A stretch of 64,000 nt of DNA from an uncultured delta proteobacterium (GTDB taxonomy: Bacteria > Desulfobacterota > Desulfobaccia > Desulfobaccales > 0-14-0-80-60-11), in the NCBI GenBank assembly GCA_963773285.1, contig CAVZAM010000030.1:25662-89661 (forward strand), in the 5' to 3' direction. Below, piece by piece: positions 23,577-33,112 of the stretch. Every line of letters starts with the position of its first letter. The first letter of the stretch is position 1. The translations under genes were made by a program, and so were the position numbers. The notes below the pieces were generated by a model. That model was not told the DNA's origin, did no database searches, and was given only the letters and a program-made list of their open reading frames with translations.

Positions 23577-24373
23577 ATGGATCTGCAATTAAAAGACAAA
23601 CTGGCCCTGGTGACGGGCTCCACCGCCGGCATCGGCCTGGCCATCGCCACCTCCCTGGCGGCTGAAGGGGCCCGGGTCATCGTCAACGGCCGCGACGAGA
23701 AGCGGGTGAACGGGGCCCTGGAGGAAATCCGCCGGGCCCAGCCCCAGGCCAATCTGGCCGGACTGGCCGCGGACCTGGCCCAACCCCGGGGCGCCGAGGA
23801 GACGATAAGGCGTTTCCCCGAGGTGGACATCCTGGTCAACAACCTGGGGATGTATGAGCACCGCAGCCCTTCGAGGACATCACCGACGCCCACTGGCAGG
23901 CCATCATCGAGGTCAATTTCATGAGCGGCGTGCGCCTTTCCCGCCACTACCTGCCCCGCATGAAAGCCGCCGACTGGGGCCGCATCATTTTCCTGTCCAG
24001 CGAGTCCGGGGTCAACATCCCCGTGGAGATGGTCCATTACGGCGTCACCAAGGCCATGTACCTGGCCCTGAGCCGGGGCCTGGCCGAAACCACCGCCGGC
24101 ACCGGCGTCACCGTCAATGCCGTGCTCCCCGGCCCGACCCGCTCCGAGGGCGTGGACCGGTTCATCAAGGAACTGGGAGAGTCCAAAAATCTTCCCCCCG
24201 AAGCAGTCGAGCAGGAATTCTTCCGCTCCATGCGCCCCACTTCGCTTTTGCAGCGCTTCGCCAGCCCCGGGGAGGTGGCCAGCATGGTGACTTATCTGGC
24301 CAGCCCCCTGGCTTCGGCCACCAACGGCGCGGCCGTGCGGGTGGACGGCGGGGTGGTCCGCTCCATGGTTTAG
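23577..24373 (+). CDS. SDR-family oxidoreductase, apparent frameshift near 23866
   Basis: MDLQLKDKLALVTGSTAGIGLAIA (TGxxxGIG), NNLG, a YxxxK region (HYGVTKAMYLAL) and PGPTRSEG are present. Pieces 23454-23924 and 23921-24373. Confidence 0.85.
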
Positions 24374-24390
24374 TTTTGAGGGTTATTAAG

Positions 24391-24590
24391 TGGGGCTGAG
24401 GGCCGGTGGGCCCTTACCCCCTCCCCCTCACCCCCTCCCCCAATCCCGCAGAGGGTCCGGGAAGATGAGGCTCTGGGCAAGTCGGGACTATGCCCGGTTT
24501 ATTGCCCAAACACTAATAGGGATTGGGGGAGGGGGTGCGGGGGGAGGGCAAGGAGCCCAGCGGCTCCCTAGCCCCCTCCCACCGCTAACC
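24391..24590. repeat. composite G/C-tract palindromic intergenic element, full-length copy
   Basis: GGGGCTGAGGGCCGGTGGGCCCTTACCCCCTCCCCCTCACCCCCTCCCCCAATCCC, a spacer, then AATAGGGATTGGGGGAGGGGGTGCGGGGGGAGGGCAAGGAGCCCAGCGGCTCCCTAGCCCCCTCCC. Confidence 0.8.
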
Positions 24591-24607
24591 ATGCACAGGA
24601 GGAACAA

Positions 24608-25609
24608 ATGGAATTTACTACAATTCCCGGCACGGATCTGGAGGTCTCCCGCATTGCTCTCGGCACCTGGGCCATCGGGGGCTGGATGTGGGGCGGCACC
24701 GACGAAGAGCAGGCCATCAAGACCATTCACGCCGCCATCGACCAGGGCATCAATCTCATCGACACGGCCCCGGTTTACGGCTTCGGCCTCTCCGAACAGA
24801 TTGTCGGCCGGGCCCTCGCCCAAAAAAATTGCCGGGACCGGGTCTTCATCTCCACCAAGACCGGGCTTGACTGGAAGGACGGCAGACCCTTCCGCAACTG
24901 CTCCCCGGAATTTCTCAAGCGCAATGTGGCCGACTCCCTCAAAAATCTGCAGACCGACCACGTGGACATCCTGTTCGTGCACTGGCCCGACCCCCTGGAG
25001 CCCTTCGAGGCAACGGCCCGGGTCCTGCACCAGTTCGTGAAGGAGGGCAAAGTCCGGGCCGTAGGGGTGAGCAACTACTCCCCCGAGCAGATCAAGGCCT
25101 TCCGGCAGGGCGGGCCCCTCCACCTGGTGCAGCCGCCCTACAATCTCTTCGAGCGGCAGATCGAGGCCGACCTCATGCCCTTCTGCCACCAAAACCACCT
25201 GGCCCTGATGACCTACGGGGCCTTGTGCCGGGGCCTCTTGTCGGGCCAGGTCACCGCCTCCCGGGAATACCAGGCTGGCGACCTGCGCAAGAAAGACCCG
25301 AAATTCCAGGAGCCGCGCCTTAGCCCAATACCTGGCCGCCGTTGACCAACTCGACCACCTGGCCCGGGAGCGCTTCGACCGCCGGGTGCTGCACCTGGCC
25401 GTGCGCTGGGTCCTGGACCACGGCAGCGACATCGCCTTGTGGGGCGGCAGGCGTCCCGAGCAGATGGACCCCGTGCCCGAGATCTTCGGCTGGCGGATCG
25501 ATGCGCCGCGCTGGCAGCCATCGACCGGATCCTCCAGGAAACCGTCCAGGACCCGGTGGGGCCGGAGTTCATGGCGCCGCCCGCCCGCCCACCGCAGGAA
25601 AAATCATGA
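24608..25609 (+). CDS. aldo/keto reductase, two compensating apparent frameshifts (about 25320 and 25507)
   Basis: LGTWAIGG, IDTAPVYGFGLSEQIVG, HVDILFVHWPD, VRAVGVSNYS and LVQPPYNLFER are present. The frame goes A to B at RL/AQYLAAVDQL and returns to A at ...ALAAIDRILQETVQDPVGPEFMAPP, ending with TGA at 25607-25609. Confidence 0.85.
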
Positions 25610-25696
25610 GGTCTTTATCCGCCTGCAGCCTGTTTGGCGAAGGAGGGCTTGTCCTGGTATGTTTAACCTTGTAATGATTGCACGGTCACTGAAGTC

Positions 25697-25879
25697 ATGG
25701 AAAAATCTCCCCTCAGTCACTATGTAATTGCTGTTGTGATCATCCTTGCACTGGTAAACTGCCTTCATTGGTACTTAGGCGGAGAAGCGAGATTGAAAAC
25801 GGTGGGGTCATTTTCCATCGGTTTTATGTTAGGTATGCTGGCAATGTATATCGCGGTGCATTTTTATCAGTGGAAATGA
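25697..25879 (+). CDS. small two-TM hypothetical membrane protein (60 aa)
   Basis: It sits in a low-GC patch and has two clear hydrophobic helices (YVIAVVIILALVNCL, FSIGFMLGMLAMYIAV). No family recognised. Confidence 0.4.
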   Translation: MEKSPLSHYVIAVVIILALVNCLHWYLGGEARLKTVGSFSIGFMLGMLAMYIAVHFYQWK

Positions 25880-26020
25880 TACCTTATTGAACACCTAATA
25901 TTTCAAACTGCATGTAACTATCCTAGTTTTGCTTTTCAATGAAAAAGTTACCACTCCGTCCATCAGGCCGGCGCCGGCCGGGAGAAAACCCGCCCCCTGA
26001 ACCGGCCCTGGCTGCCGCTC

Positions 26021-26710
26021 CTAAACGTTGAAGCGAATCTCGATGACGTCCCCCGCCTGGATGATGTAGTCCCGGTCCACCATCCGCACCAGGCCCTTGG
26101 TCCTGGCCTCCTGCCAGTTGAAGACCTTGATCAGGTCCTCGTAGCGCACGATATCCGCCTTGATGAACCCCCGGGCCAGGTCGGAGTGGATCTTGCCGGC
26201 ACAGGTGACGATGTCCGAGTCTGCCTTCACCGGCCAGGCGTGCACCTCTTTTTTGTCCGCGGTGTAGAAAAAGACGATGCCCGCCTTCTCCAGGACCTGC
26301 TCGATGGCGTCGTTGATCTCGGGCTGGGTCTCGGCAATGACGGTGGGTTTTAAGGTCAGGGGGGCCAGCGTCCTTAAGAGGGCCAATTCTTCTTCGGAAA
26401 AATCAGCCTCGCACAGGGGCACTTCTTTTTCCAAATATTCCAGGCACTTCGTTATGAGCTGCTGCTCAAAGTCGTCCGTGGCCCGGTCGCGCCGGGTCTC
26501 CAGCTTTTCCATGTCGACGATGAGCAGGTCCCACACGCGGTCCCGGGAAATGATCAAGCCGTCGCACTGCTGATAGTCGTCCTTGATGAATTCCGCATAG
26601 AAGGGCGTGACCTTTTTGGCCTCAAATTTTTTGTCCAGGTTGATGACCCGCTCGTCCTGGTATTTCACCTTGCCTTCCGGCAGGTCCAACCCCATAAAAC
26701 ATATCTTCAC
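26021..26710 (-). CDS. YchF-like protein retaining the helical and C-terminal TGS/DUF933 domains but lacking a P-loop
   Basis: The C-terminus VHAWPVKADSDIVTCAGKIHSDLARGFIKADIVRYEDL...DYIIQAGDVIEIRFNV matches YchF. The middle LAPLTLKPTVIAE matches YchF LTLKP. The N-terminus MKICFMGLDLPEGKVKY replaces GxPNVGKST. Confidence 0.7.
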   Translation of the reverse strand: MKICFMGLDLPEGKVKYQDERVINLDKKFEAKKVTPFYAEFIKDDYQQCDGLIISRDRVWDLLIVDMEKLETRRDRATDDFEQQLITKCLEYLEKEVPLCEADFSEEELALLRTLAPLTLKPTVIAETQPEINDAIEQVLEKAGIVFFYTADKKEVHAWPVKADSDIVTCAGKIHSDLARGFIKADIVRYEDLIKVFNWQEARTKGLVRMVDRDYIIQAGDVIEIRFNV

Positions 26711-26839
26711 GGTCTTTAACCCCTGGTTTCTAAGATCAGCTGCAGATCCGGTACATCAAAATATTATAACAAAATATACTGGGAATGCCTCCCTGGGAAG
26801 TAGAGGCCTTTGACCTCGACTTCCCAGGTTTATCCTCCA

Positions 26840-26904
26840 CTAAGGGATCGGGGGGTAAGCGGCCACCTCCCCTTAGCCCTCTCCCCCACTAAATTTCGAT
26901 TATG
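26840..26904. repeat. solo unit of the G/C-tract element with TTCGATTATG end
   Basis: CTAAGGGATCGGGGGGTAAGCGGCCACCTCCCCTTAGCCCTCTCCCCCACTAAATTTCGATTATG. Confidence 0.7.
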
Positions 26905-26975
26905 TCTTTTGCGGAGCAGAGGATATAATCGCTAAAAAAAGTTCGGCATTTCATCACCGTTCTACAGGTTCACCC

Positions 26976-27392
26976 ATGAAAACCATAAAAATTGTCTGGC
27001 AGCGCCTGGTGGATGACCACGGCCAAACCTGCCCCCGGTGCAGCGCCACCGAACCGGAGCTGCAAAAATCCCTGCGCTTCCTCACCAAGGCCCTGCTGCC
27101 CCTGGGGATTGTCTTTTCCCTGGAGACCCGGGCCTTAAGCCGCCAGGAGTTCGACCAGGACCCCCTCCAGTCCAACCGCGTGTGGGTCGACGGGAAACCC
27201 CTGGAGGGCTGGCTCAAGGCGGCAAGCGGCGCCAGCCCCTGCTGTGAAACTTGCGGCCCTGCCCCGTGCCGCACCCTGGTGGCAGACGGCAAGACCATGG
27301 AGACCATTCCGGCGGAGTTGATTATCAAGGCGGCCCTGCTGTCGGTGGAGCGGGAAGTAAAAAGGCTCACCGCCAAACCGCCGGGACGGTAA
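26976..27392 (+). CDS. DUF2703-like Cys-rich small protein
   Basis: CPRC near the N-terminus, SPCCETCGPAPCRT in the middle and ETIPAELIIKAAL at the C-terminus fit my memory of DUF2703 proteins. Confidence 0.55.
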   Translation: MKTIKIVWQRLVDDHGQTCPRCSATEPELQKSLRFLTKALLPLGIVFSLETRALSRQEFDQDPLQSNRVWVDGKPLEGWLKAASGASPCCETCGPAPCRTLVADGKTMETIPAELIIKAALLSVEREVKRLTAKPPGR

Positions 27393-27411
27393 TTCCCCGC
27401 CCGGTGCCGTT

Positions 27412-28924
27412 ATGCCCTACCCTTCCCTCTATCAGATCAACACCCGGGTGTGGCTCCGGGACCTCGCCGGTACTCTGGGGCGGCCGGCCACCCTCGCCGA
27501 CATCCCCGACGCCTTTTTAGACGACGCCGCCGCCCTGGGTTTCGATTACCTCTGGTTTCTGGGCCTCTGGCAGACCGGCGCCGCCGGCCGGCAGGTCGTC
27601 CTTGACCACCCCGAGTGGCAGCAGGAATTCCAGGCGGCCTTGAGCGATTTTTCCCCGGCCGACCTCGTCAGTTCCCCTTTTGCAGTGACCGCCTATGCCC
27701 TGCACCCGGATTTCGGCGGGCCGGCGGACCTGGTCGCTTTGAGGGCGCGCCTGCACGCCCGGGGCTTAAAGCTCGTGGCCGATTTCATCCCCAACCACAC
27801 CGCCCTGGACCACCCCTGGGTGGAGGCGCACCCCGAGTTTTATGTCCAGGGGAGTGAGGCCGACCTGCAGCGGGAACCCGGCAATTACCAGCGGGTCGAG
27901 ACCAAAGCCGGCCCCCGCATTTTCGCCCACGGCCGGGACCCCTACTTCCCCGGCTGGCTCGACGTCCTGCAGCTCAACTACCGCCACGCCGGACTGCGGG
28001 AGGCCATGATGCAGGAGCTTCTCCGGGTGGCGGACGTGGCCGACGGGGTGCGCTGCGATATGGCCATGCTTATCCTTCCCGAGGTCTTCCGGCGCACCTG
28101 GGGGGAACATTCGCTGCCCGCCGACGGCACCCCCCCGGTGGACGAGCCCTTCTGGCCCGAGGCCATCCGCCGGGTGCGGGCCCGGCAGCCGCACTTTCTC
28201 TTTATGGCCGAGGTTTATTGGGACCTGGAGCGGGAGCTCATGGAGCGAGGGCTTCGACTATTGCTATGACAAGCGGCTCTACGACCAGCTGCGGTCCCGG
28301 GACGTGGCCGCGGTGCGGGGCCATCTCGGCTCGGACCCCGCCTACCAGGACAAGCTGGTGCGATTCCTGGAAAACCACGATGAGCTCAGGGCCGCGAGCG
28401 CCTTTCCGGTGGCCGTGCATCAGGCCGCGGCTATCCTCGCCTACCTCATCCCCGGCCTGCGCTTCTTTCACGAGGGGCAGCTGGAAGGCCGCACCTTCAA
28501 AGTTCCCATGAGCCTGGGCCGCCGCCCCGCTGAACCGGTGGACCCCGTCCTCCAGCAATTTTACCGGGAGCTCCTTGCCTGCCTGAGGCGCCCCGAGGTC
28601 CGGCAGGGCCGCTGGCAGCTCCTGGAGGCAGGACCGGCCCGGGAGGGTAATCCCGCCGGGAATCCCTTCCTGGCCTTTGCCTGGGAGGGCGCGGCCGGCG
28701 AGCGCCTCCTGGCCGCGGTGAACTTCGGCCCCGCTATGGGCCAGGCCCGCGTCGCCCTACCCTTCAGTGATCTTGGGGAAATTAAGATAATCTTGCAGGA
28801 CTCAATAAGCGCCACCCGCCCTGAGCCGGCGGCGGTCAATGTCCAGGACCAGGGCCTGCTTCTCGACCTGCCGGCCTGGGGCTTTCAGGTGTTTTCCTGT
28901 CATACCGAGAAGCCGTCAAACTAG
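27412..28924 (+). CDS. alpha-amylase family (GH13-like) protein, apparent frameshift near 28246
   Basis: GFDYLWFLGLW, KLVADFIPNHTA, GVRCDMA, FMAEVYWDLE and FLENHDE (GH13 regions I-IV-like) are present. Pieces 27412-28269 and the 28304-28924 frame join at LME(Q)GFDYCYDKRLYD. Confidence 0.8.
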
Positions 28925-28979
28925 TAATGTTTCTTAGGGGCACGGCTTGCCGTGACCAGGCCCAGGCTGGAACTTGCAG

Positions 28980-30524
28980 TTACATTTCTTCAGGAAGGGG
29001 AGAAGCACACATCTTTTCCACCGCCGCCCTGATCTGCTGCGCCCGCCAGCCGAAATCGGTGAGGCCCGCCACCCCCTGCTTCAGCAGGGCCGCGTCGTAA
29101 GGATCCCGCAAGAGATCCACCACCAGCTCCCGGGCAGCACCCTGGAGCGCCTCCAAAAGAGCCTGGTTGGCTGGGTAAAGATGCGCGTCAAAGCAAAAAA
29201 GGACGGTGAGCTCGGACTTCCTGGCCAGGTTCACCGCCTCCTCTATTTCTGCGGCCGTGGGCTCGATGCCGACGATCAGGACCTCGGGGGCCAGACCGAA
29301 TTTGCCAAACTCCTTCCTGACAAACTCCTCTTCCTGCAGGACTTCCCGTTCGATCATAATCTTGGCGTCGAGCCGGGAAAACCGGGGGAAGATCACGCCG
29401 ATACTGACGTTCTTCTTAAGCGGCAGCAATTTTTTCTCATCCTGAAGAACCTGGACAGACTCCCGGCAGATCCGCTCCACCAGAGGCGCCCCTGACGCCT
29501 CGGGGTTGGGTTCCCCCGCCTCGAACCTCTGGGCTCTCTTTCCCTGCAATGCCCTGATCCGCTGGACACTCTCCTCCAGTTCCGACAGCGGCAGCTCCTG
29601 GTTGTTATACGCCTCCAGCAGTTTGGCCTGGACCTCCTTCTGGGCCGCTAGATCATGGCAGACCAGCAAGAGATCGTGCCCGGCCCGGGTGGCCAGGACC
29701 CCCGCCTCGCCGATGGGGCAGGTGGCCTTGACCGCCCCCATTTCCAGGTCGTCGCTGGCAATAACCCCCTTATAATTCAGCTCAGTGCGCAGGCAGTCGT
29801 AAATAATTCTCCTGGAAAAAGTGGCGATTTTTTTGGGGTCGGGGTCAAGGTTCGGGTAATAGGGGTGGGACGACATCACCAGATCGACCCCGGCCTCGAT
29901 GGCGGCCACGAAGGGCCTCAGGTGCACCGCCCGCATCTCCTCCCAGGTGGAGGGGATGACCGGCAGCCCCAGGTGGGCGTCCACCGGGGCGTGGCCCTTG
30001 CCCGGGAAATGCTTGGCGCAGGCCGACAACCCGTGCTCCTGCATGGCGGCGATGCGGGCCGCGCCCATCTCCGCCACCACCCGCCAGTCCCGGCCGTAGG
30101 CGCGGATGCCGATGTTGGGGCTGTAGGCCTCGGTCAACACGTCCAGTACCGGCCCCAGGTTCACGTCCAGGCCCAGCCGGCGCAGTTCTTTGGCCTCGAT
30201 CTCCCCCTGCTGCCTGGCATATTCGGTTTTGCCGGCGGTCCCCACGGCCAGGTTGTCCGGGAACACGGTAATGCCGTCCCGGAACATGATGACCCGGCCG
30301 CCTTCGTGGTCGGCCATCACCAGGAGCCTTCGCCCCAGGGCCTCCTCGAGGTCGGTGATGAGTTTTTTCAGTTGCCCCGGCGACTCGAAATTGATCCGGT
30401 ATAAAATGAGCCCGCCGGCCCGAAGGTCCTCGAAATGACGGACAATCGCCGGCGTTATGGTGGTCCCGGGAATGCCGATGACCAGACGTTCACCCACGAG
30501 TTCGGTCAGATTCATGTTGCCCAT
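28980..30524 (-). CDS. glycoside hydrolase family 3 protein (NagZ-like beta-N-acetylhexosaminidase domain plus extra C-terminal domain)
   Basis: ADHEGGRV, GLDVNLGPVLDV and KHFPGKGHAPVDAHLGLPV are present. Intact at 514 aa. Confidence 0.8.
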   Translation of the reverse strand: MGNMNLTELVGERLVIGIPGTTITPAIVRHFEDLRAGGLILYRINFESPGQLKKLITDLEEALGRRLLVMADHEGGRVIMFRDGITVFPDNLAVGTAGKTEYARQQGEIEAKELRRLGLDVNLGPVLDVLTEAYSPNIGIRAYGRDWRVVAEMGAARIAAMQEHGLSACAKHFPGKGHAPVDAHLGLPVIPSTWEEMRAVHLRPFVAAIEAGVDLVMSSHPYYPNLDPDPKKIATFSRRIIYDCLRTELNYKGVIASDDLEMGAVKATCPIGEAGVLATRAGHDLLLVCHDLAAQKEVQAKLLEAYNNQELPLSELEESVQRIRALQGKRAQRFEAGEPNPEASGAPLVERICRESVQVLQDEKKLLPLKKNVSIGVIFPRFSRLDAKIMIEREVLQEEEFVRKEFGKFGLAPEVLIVGIEPTAAEIEEAVNLARKSELTVLFCFDAHLYPANQALLEALQGAARELVVDLLRDPYDAALLKQGVAGLTDFGWRAQQIRAAVEKMCASPLPEEM

Positions 30525-30544
30525 TTTAGCAGATATTTTCTATA

Positions 30545-32086
30545 GTGTGGTTCGTCATGGCGAACACCGACTTTTTTTCCAGCCACAGCAACCTGACCTG
30601 GCCGGATTATGCTATTGTTTCGGCCCTGCTGGTCCTGGTGATCTTCGTCGGCCTCTACTTCGGCCGGGAAGAAAAATCCACCCGGGATTTTTTTCTGGGG
30701 GGGCGCAAAATCCCCTGGTGGGCCGCCTGCCTGGCCTTTATCGCCACGGAGATCAGCGCCGTCACCCTCATCGCCGTACCCGCCATCGCCTACATGGAAA
30801 ACTGGGAGTACGCCCAGTTCTTCCTCGGCTCCTTTGCGGCCCGGGTGGTCATCGCCTTTTTGTTTATCCCGGCCTTTTACCACTATGACTGCACCACCAT
30901 TTACGAATTTCTGCGGCACCGCTTCGGCCAGGAGACCCAGATCGCCGGTTCCATCCTGTTTTTCATCACCCGGCTCATGGCCTCCGGCGTCCGCTTCATG
31001 GCCGCCTGCCTGGCGGTGAGCGTCCTCATCGGCTGGCCCATCCTGCCCACCATCCTGGTTTTCGGGGTGATTTCCACCCTCTACATCTCCTGGGGCGGCA
31101 TCAAGGCGGTGGTGTGGACCAACGTGGTGCAGGGCCTGACCTTCCTGCTGGCGGGGGTGGTGGCCATCGCCTTCCTCCTCAGCCGCATCGAGGGCGGCAC
31201 CGCTGCCGTGCTGGCCATTGCCGGGGCCGCCGGTAAACTGAAAATCTTCAACTGGGGACCGGGCCTGATGGCCTCAGGTCCCACTACCTTCGCCAAAAGC
31301 CTCCTCACCGACCCCAACCTCTTGATCCTGGCCACGCTGAATGGCTTTTTCGGCTCCATGGCAACCTTCGGCACCGACCAGGAGTCCATGCAGCGGCTCC
31401 TCACCGTCGAAACCCGGAAAAAAAGCCAGCGCACCATGCTGCTGACCCCCATCGGCAGCTTCCTCATGATGGTCATTTTCCTCACCGTGGGCACCTGCCT
31501 TTACGCCTTTTATGTTCAGCACCCCGGTCTCGCCCTGCCCGCCAAACTGGATAAAATCTTCCCCCATTTTATCGGCCAGGTGATGCCCGCCGGGTTGCGC
31601 GGGCTCATGCTGTCGGCCATTGTCATGGCGAGCCTCGAGTCGCCGGTGGGGTCGCTGACCACCTCCTTTGTCACCGACATTTACCGCCCGGTGATCAACC
31701 CGTCGGCCAGCGAGCGCCATTATCTGCTCGTCTCGCGGTGCTCAGTAGTCGTTTTTGCCATTCTCCTGGCGGGCATCGCCTTTTTTCTCAGCCACTTCGA
31801 GAAAATCCTCTGGCTGGCCTTCAAAATCGGCGGGGTGACCTACGGCTCTCTGCTGGGGGTTTTTCTCCTGGGCTTCCTCACCAAAACCCGCTGCAACCGG
31901 ATCAACGTGGCGGCCATGTTTTTGTCCGCCCTGGCCATGCTGGTGCTGCTGATCCTTTCCGAGACGAAAATCCTGCCGCTGGGGTGGACCTGGCTGCTCT
32001 TGATGGGCACCTTTTTGACTTTTATGTCTGGCTGGCTTTTTGGCACAAAAGGCCCAACCGCCGTGGCAGGCCCGGGTAGTTTTTGA
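30545..32086 (+). CDS. sodium:solute symporter (SSF) family transporter
   Basis: About 13 TM helices. FLGGRKIPWWAACLAFIATEISAVTLIAVP is typical of SSF. The alternative ATG is at 30557. Confidence 0.8.
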   Translation: MWFVMANTDFFSSHSNLTWPDYAIVSALLVLVIFVGLYFGREEKSTRDFFLGGRKIPWWAACLAFIATEISAVTLIAVPAIAYMENWEYAQFFLGSFAARVVIAFLFIPAFYHYDCTTIYEFLRHRFGQETQIAGSILFFITRLMASGVRFMAACLAVSVLIGWPILPTILVFGVISTLYISWGGIKAVVWTNVVQGLTFLLAGVVAIAFLLSRIEGGTAAVLAIAGAAGKLKIFNWGPGLMASGPTTFAKSLLTDPNLLILATLNGFFGSMATFGTDQESMQRLLTVETRKKSQRTMLLTPIGSFLMMVIFLTVGTCLYAFYVQHPGLALPAKLDKIFPHFIGQVMPAGLRGLMLSAIVMASLESPVGSLTTSFVTDIYRPVINPSASERHYLLVSRCSVVVFAILLAGIAFFLSHFEKILWLAFKIGGVTYGSLLGVFLLGFLTKTRCNRINVAAMFLSALAMLVLLILSETKILPLGWTWLLLMGTFLTFMSGWLFGTKGPTAVAGPGSF

Positions 32087-32178
32087 AAAATCGGCATCTG
32101 GGAGGCAGGCCAGGGGCCCGGCTTTCCGGCTGGAAATGCTTCGCCGGTACGTTCCCAACCCAGGGTTTTTAGAGTAAG

Positions 32179-33024
32179 ATGAGGGGCATGTTGGGCATCT
32201 GGCCCCCCTCCCCGGCCCGCCTTATGGGCTCCGTCATCCTTATCCTGGGACTCACGATCATGAGCCTGCCCTCTCCCCGGCCAGGTCTGGCCCTGTCCGA
32301 ATCCCACCGCCACCAGGACCAGGAACAGGCTCCCGAACATTATCGGGACCGGGTGATCCGGGATCTCAAGCAGGCCGTTGACCATGTTGAACCCCTCCTG
32401 GCCCGCTATGGTTATCCGGCGGTCTTCCTGGCCATCCTGGTGGAAGGCGTTGGCCTGCTGGCCCCCGGGCAGACCTTGCTGATAGCCGCCGCCCTGGCCG
32501 CCACCCAGGGCAGGCTGAACATTGTCTGGGTGTTGATCTGGGCCTTCACCGCCGCGGTGCTGGGGAACAGCCTGGGATATCTCCTCGGCCGCTGGGGCGG
32601 GCGCCCGCTCCTGCGCAAAATCAGCGTGAATGAGCGGCACCTGGCCCGGATGGAGGATTATTTTACCCGGCAGGGCAAATGGGTGGTGATTTTCGCCCGC
32701 TTTGTTGATGGGCTCAGGCAGCTGAACGGCATTGTGGCCGGCATGCTGAAAATGCCCTGGCAGGTGTTCACTTCCTGCAATATCCTGGGGGCTGCCTTAT
32801 GGACCGGGGTGTGGGGGCTGGGAGTTTATTGTTTAGACAAAAAAATCATCTCACTGCACCTCACCCTGCACCAGGTCAAGCCTTGGGTGGCCGCTTGCTG
32901 CCTCCTGGCTTTCCTGGCACTTCTCGGCTACCTGCTGCTGCCTGGCCGGAAGAAAAGTGTGGGGGGGCCAGGAACTGGGGCCCTGCCCTTCCCGCCCTCA
33001 ACCCCAGAGGGTAGTACGGGCTAG
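32179..33024 (+). CDS. DedA family membrane protein (start uncertain; last ~22 codons and stop lie inside a repeat element)
   Basis: YGYPAVFLAILVEGVGLLAPGQTLLIAA...GNSLGYLLGRWGG...VIFARFVDGLRQLNGIVAG is the DedA/SNARE-associated core. Confidence 0.75.
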   Translation: MRGMLGIWPPSPARLMGSVILILGLTIMSLPSPRPGLALSESHRHQDQEQAPEHYRDRVIRDLKQAVDHVEPLLARYGYPAVFLAILVEGVGLLAPGQTLLIAAALAATQGRLNIVWVLIWAFTAAVLGNSLGYLLGRWGGRPLLRKISVNERHLARMEDYFTRQGKWVVIFARFVDGLRQLNGIVAGMLKMPWQVFTSCNILGAALWTGVWGLGVYCLDKKIISLHLTLHQVKPWVAACCLLAFLALLGYLLLPGRKKSVGGPGTGALPFPPSTPEGSTG

Positions 33025-33108
33025 CTCGTGAGGGCCAACGTCCCTTACCTTTCAGCGATTCGAGGAGGGCAGGGTAGGCAAGGCCCACCTGCCTCTAGCC
33101 CCCTCCCC
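32959..33108. repeat. composite G/C-tract palindromic element (degenerate copy)
   Basis: GTGGGGGGGCCAGGAACTGGGGCCCTGCCCTTCCCGCCCTCAACCCC, a spacer, then GAGGAGGGCAGGGTAGGCAAGGCCCACCTGCCTCTAGCCCCCTCCCC. It lies between convergent genes. Confidence 0.65.
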
Positions 33109-33112
33109 ACGA

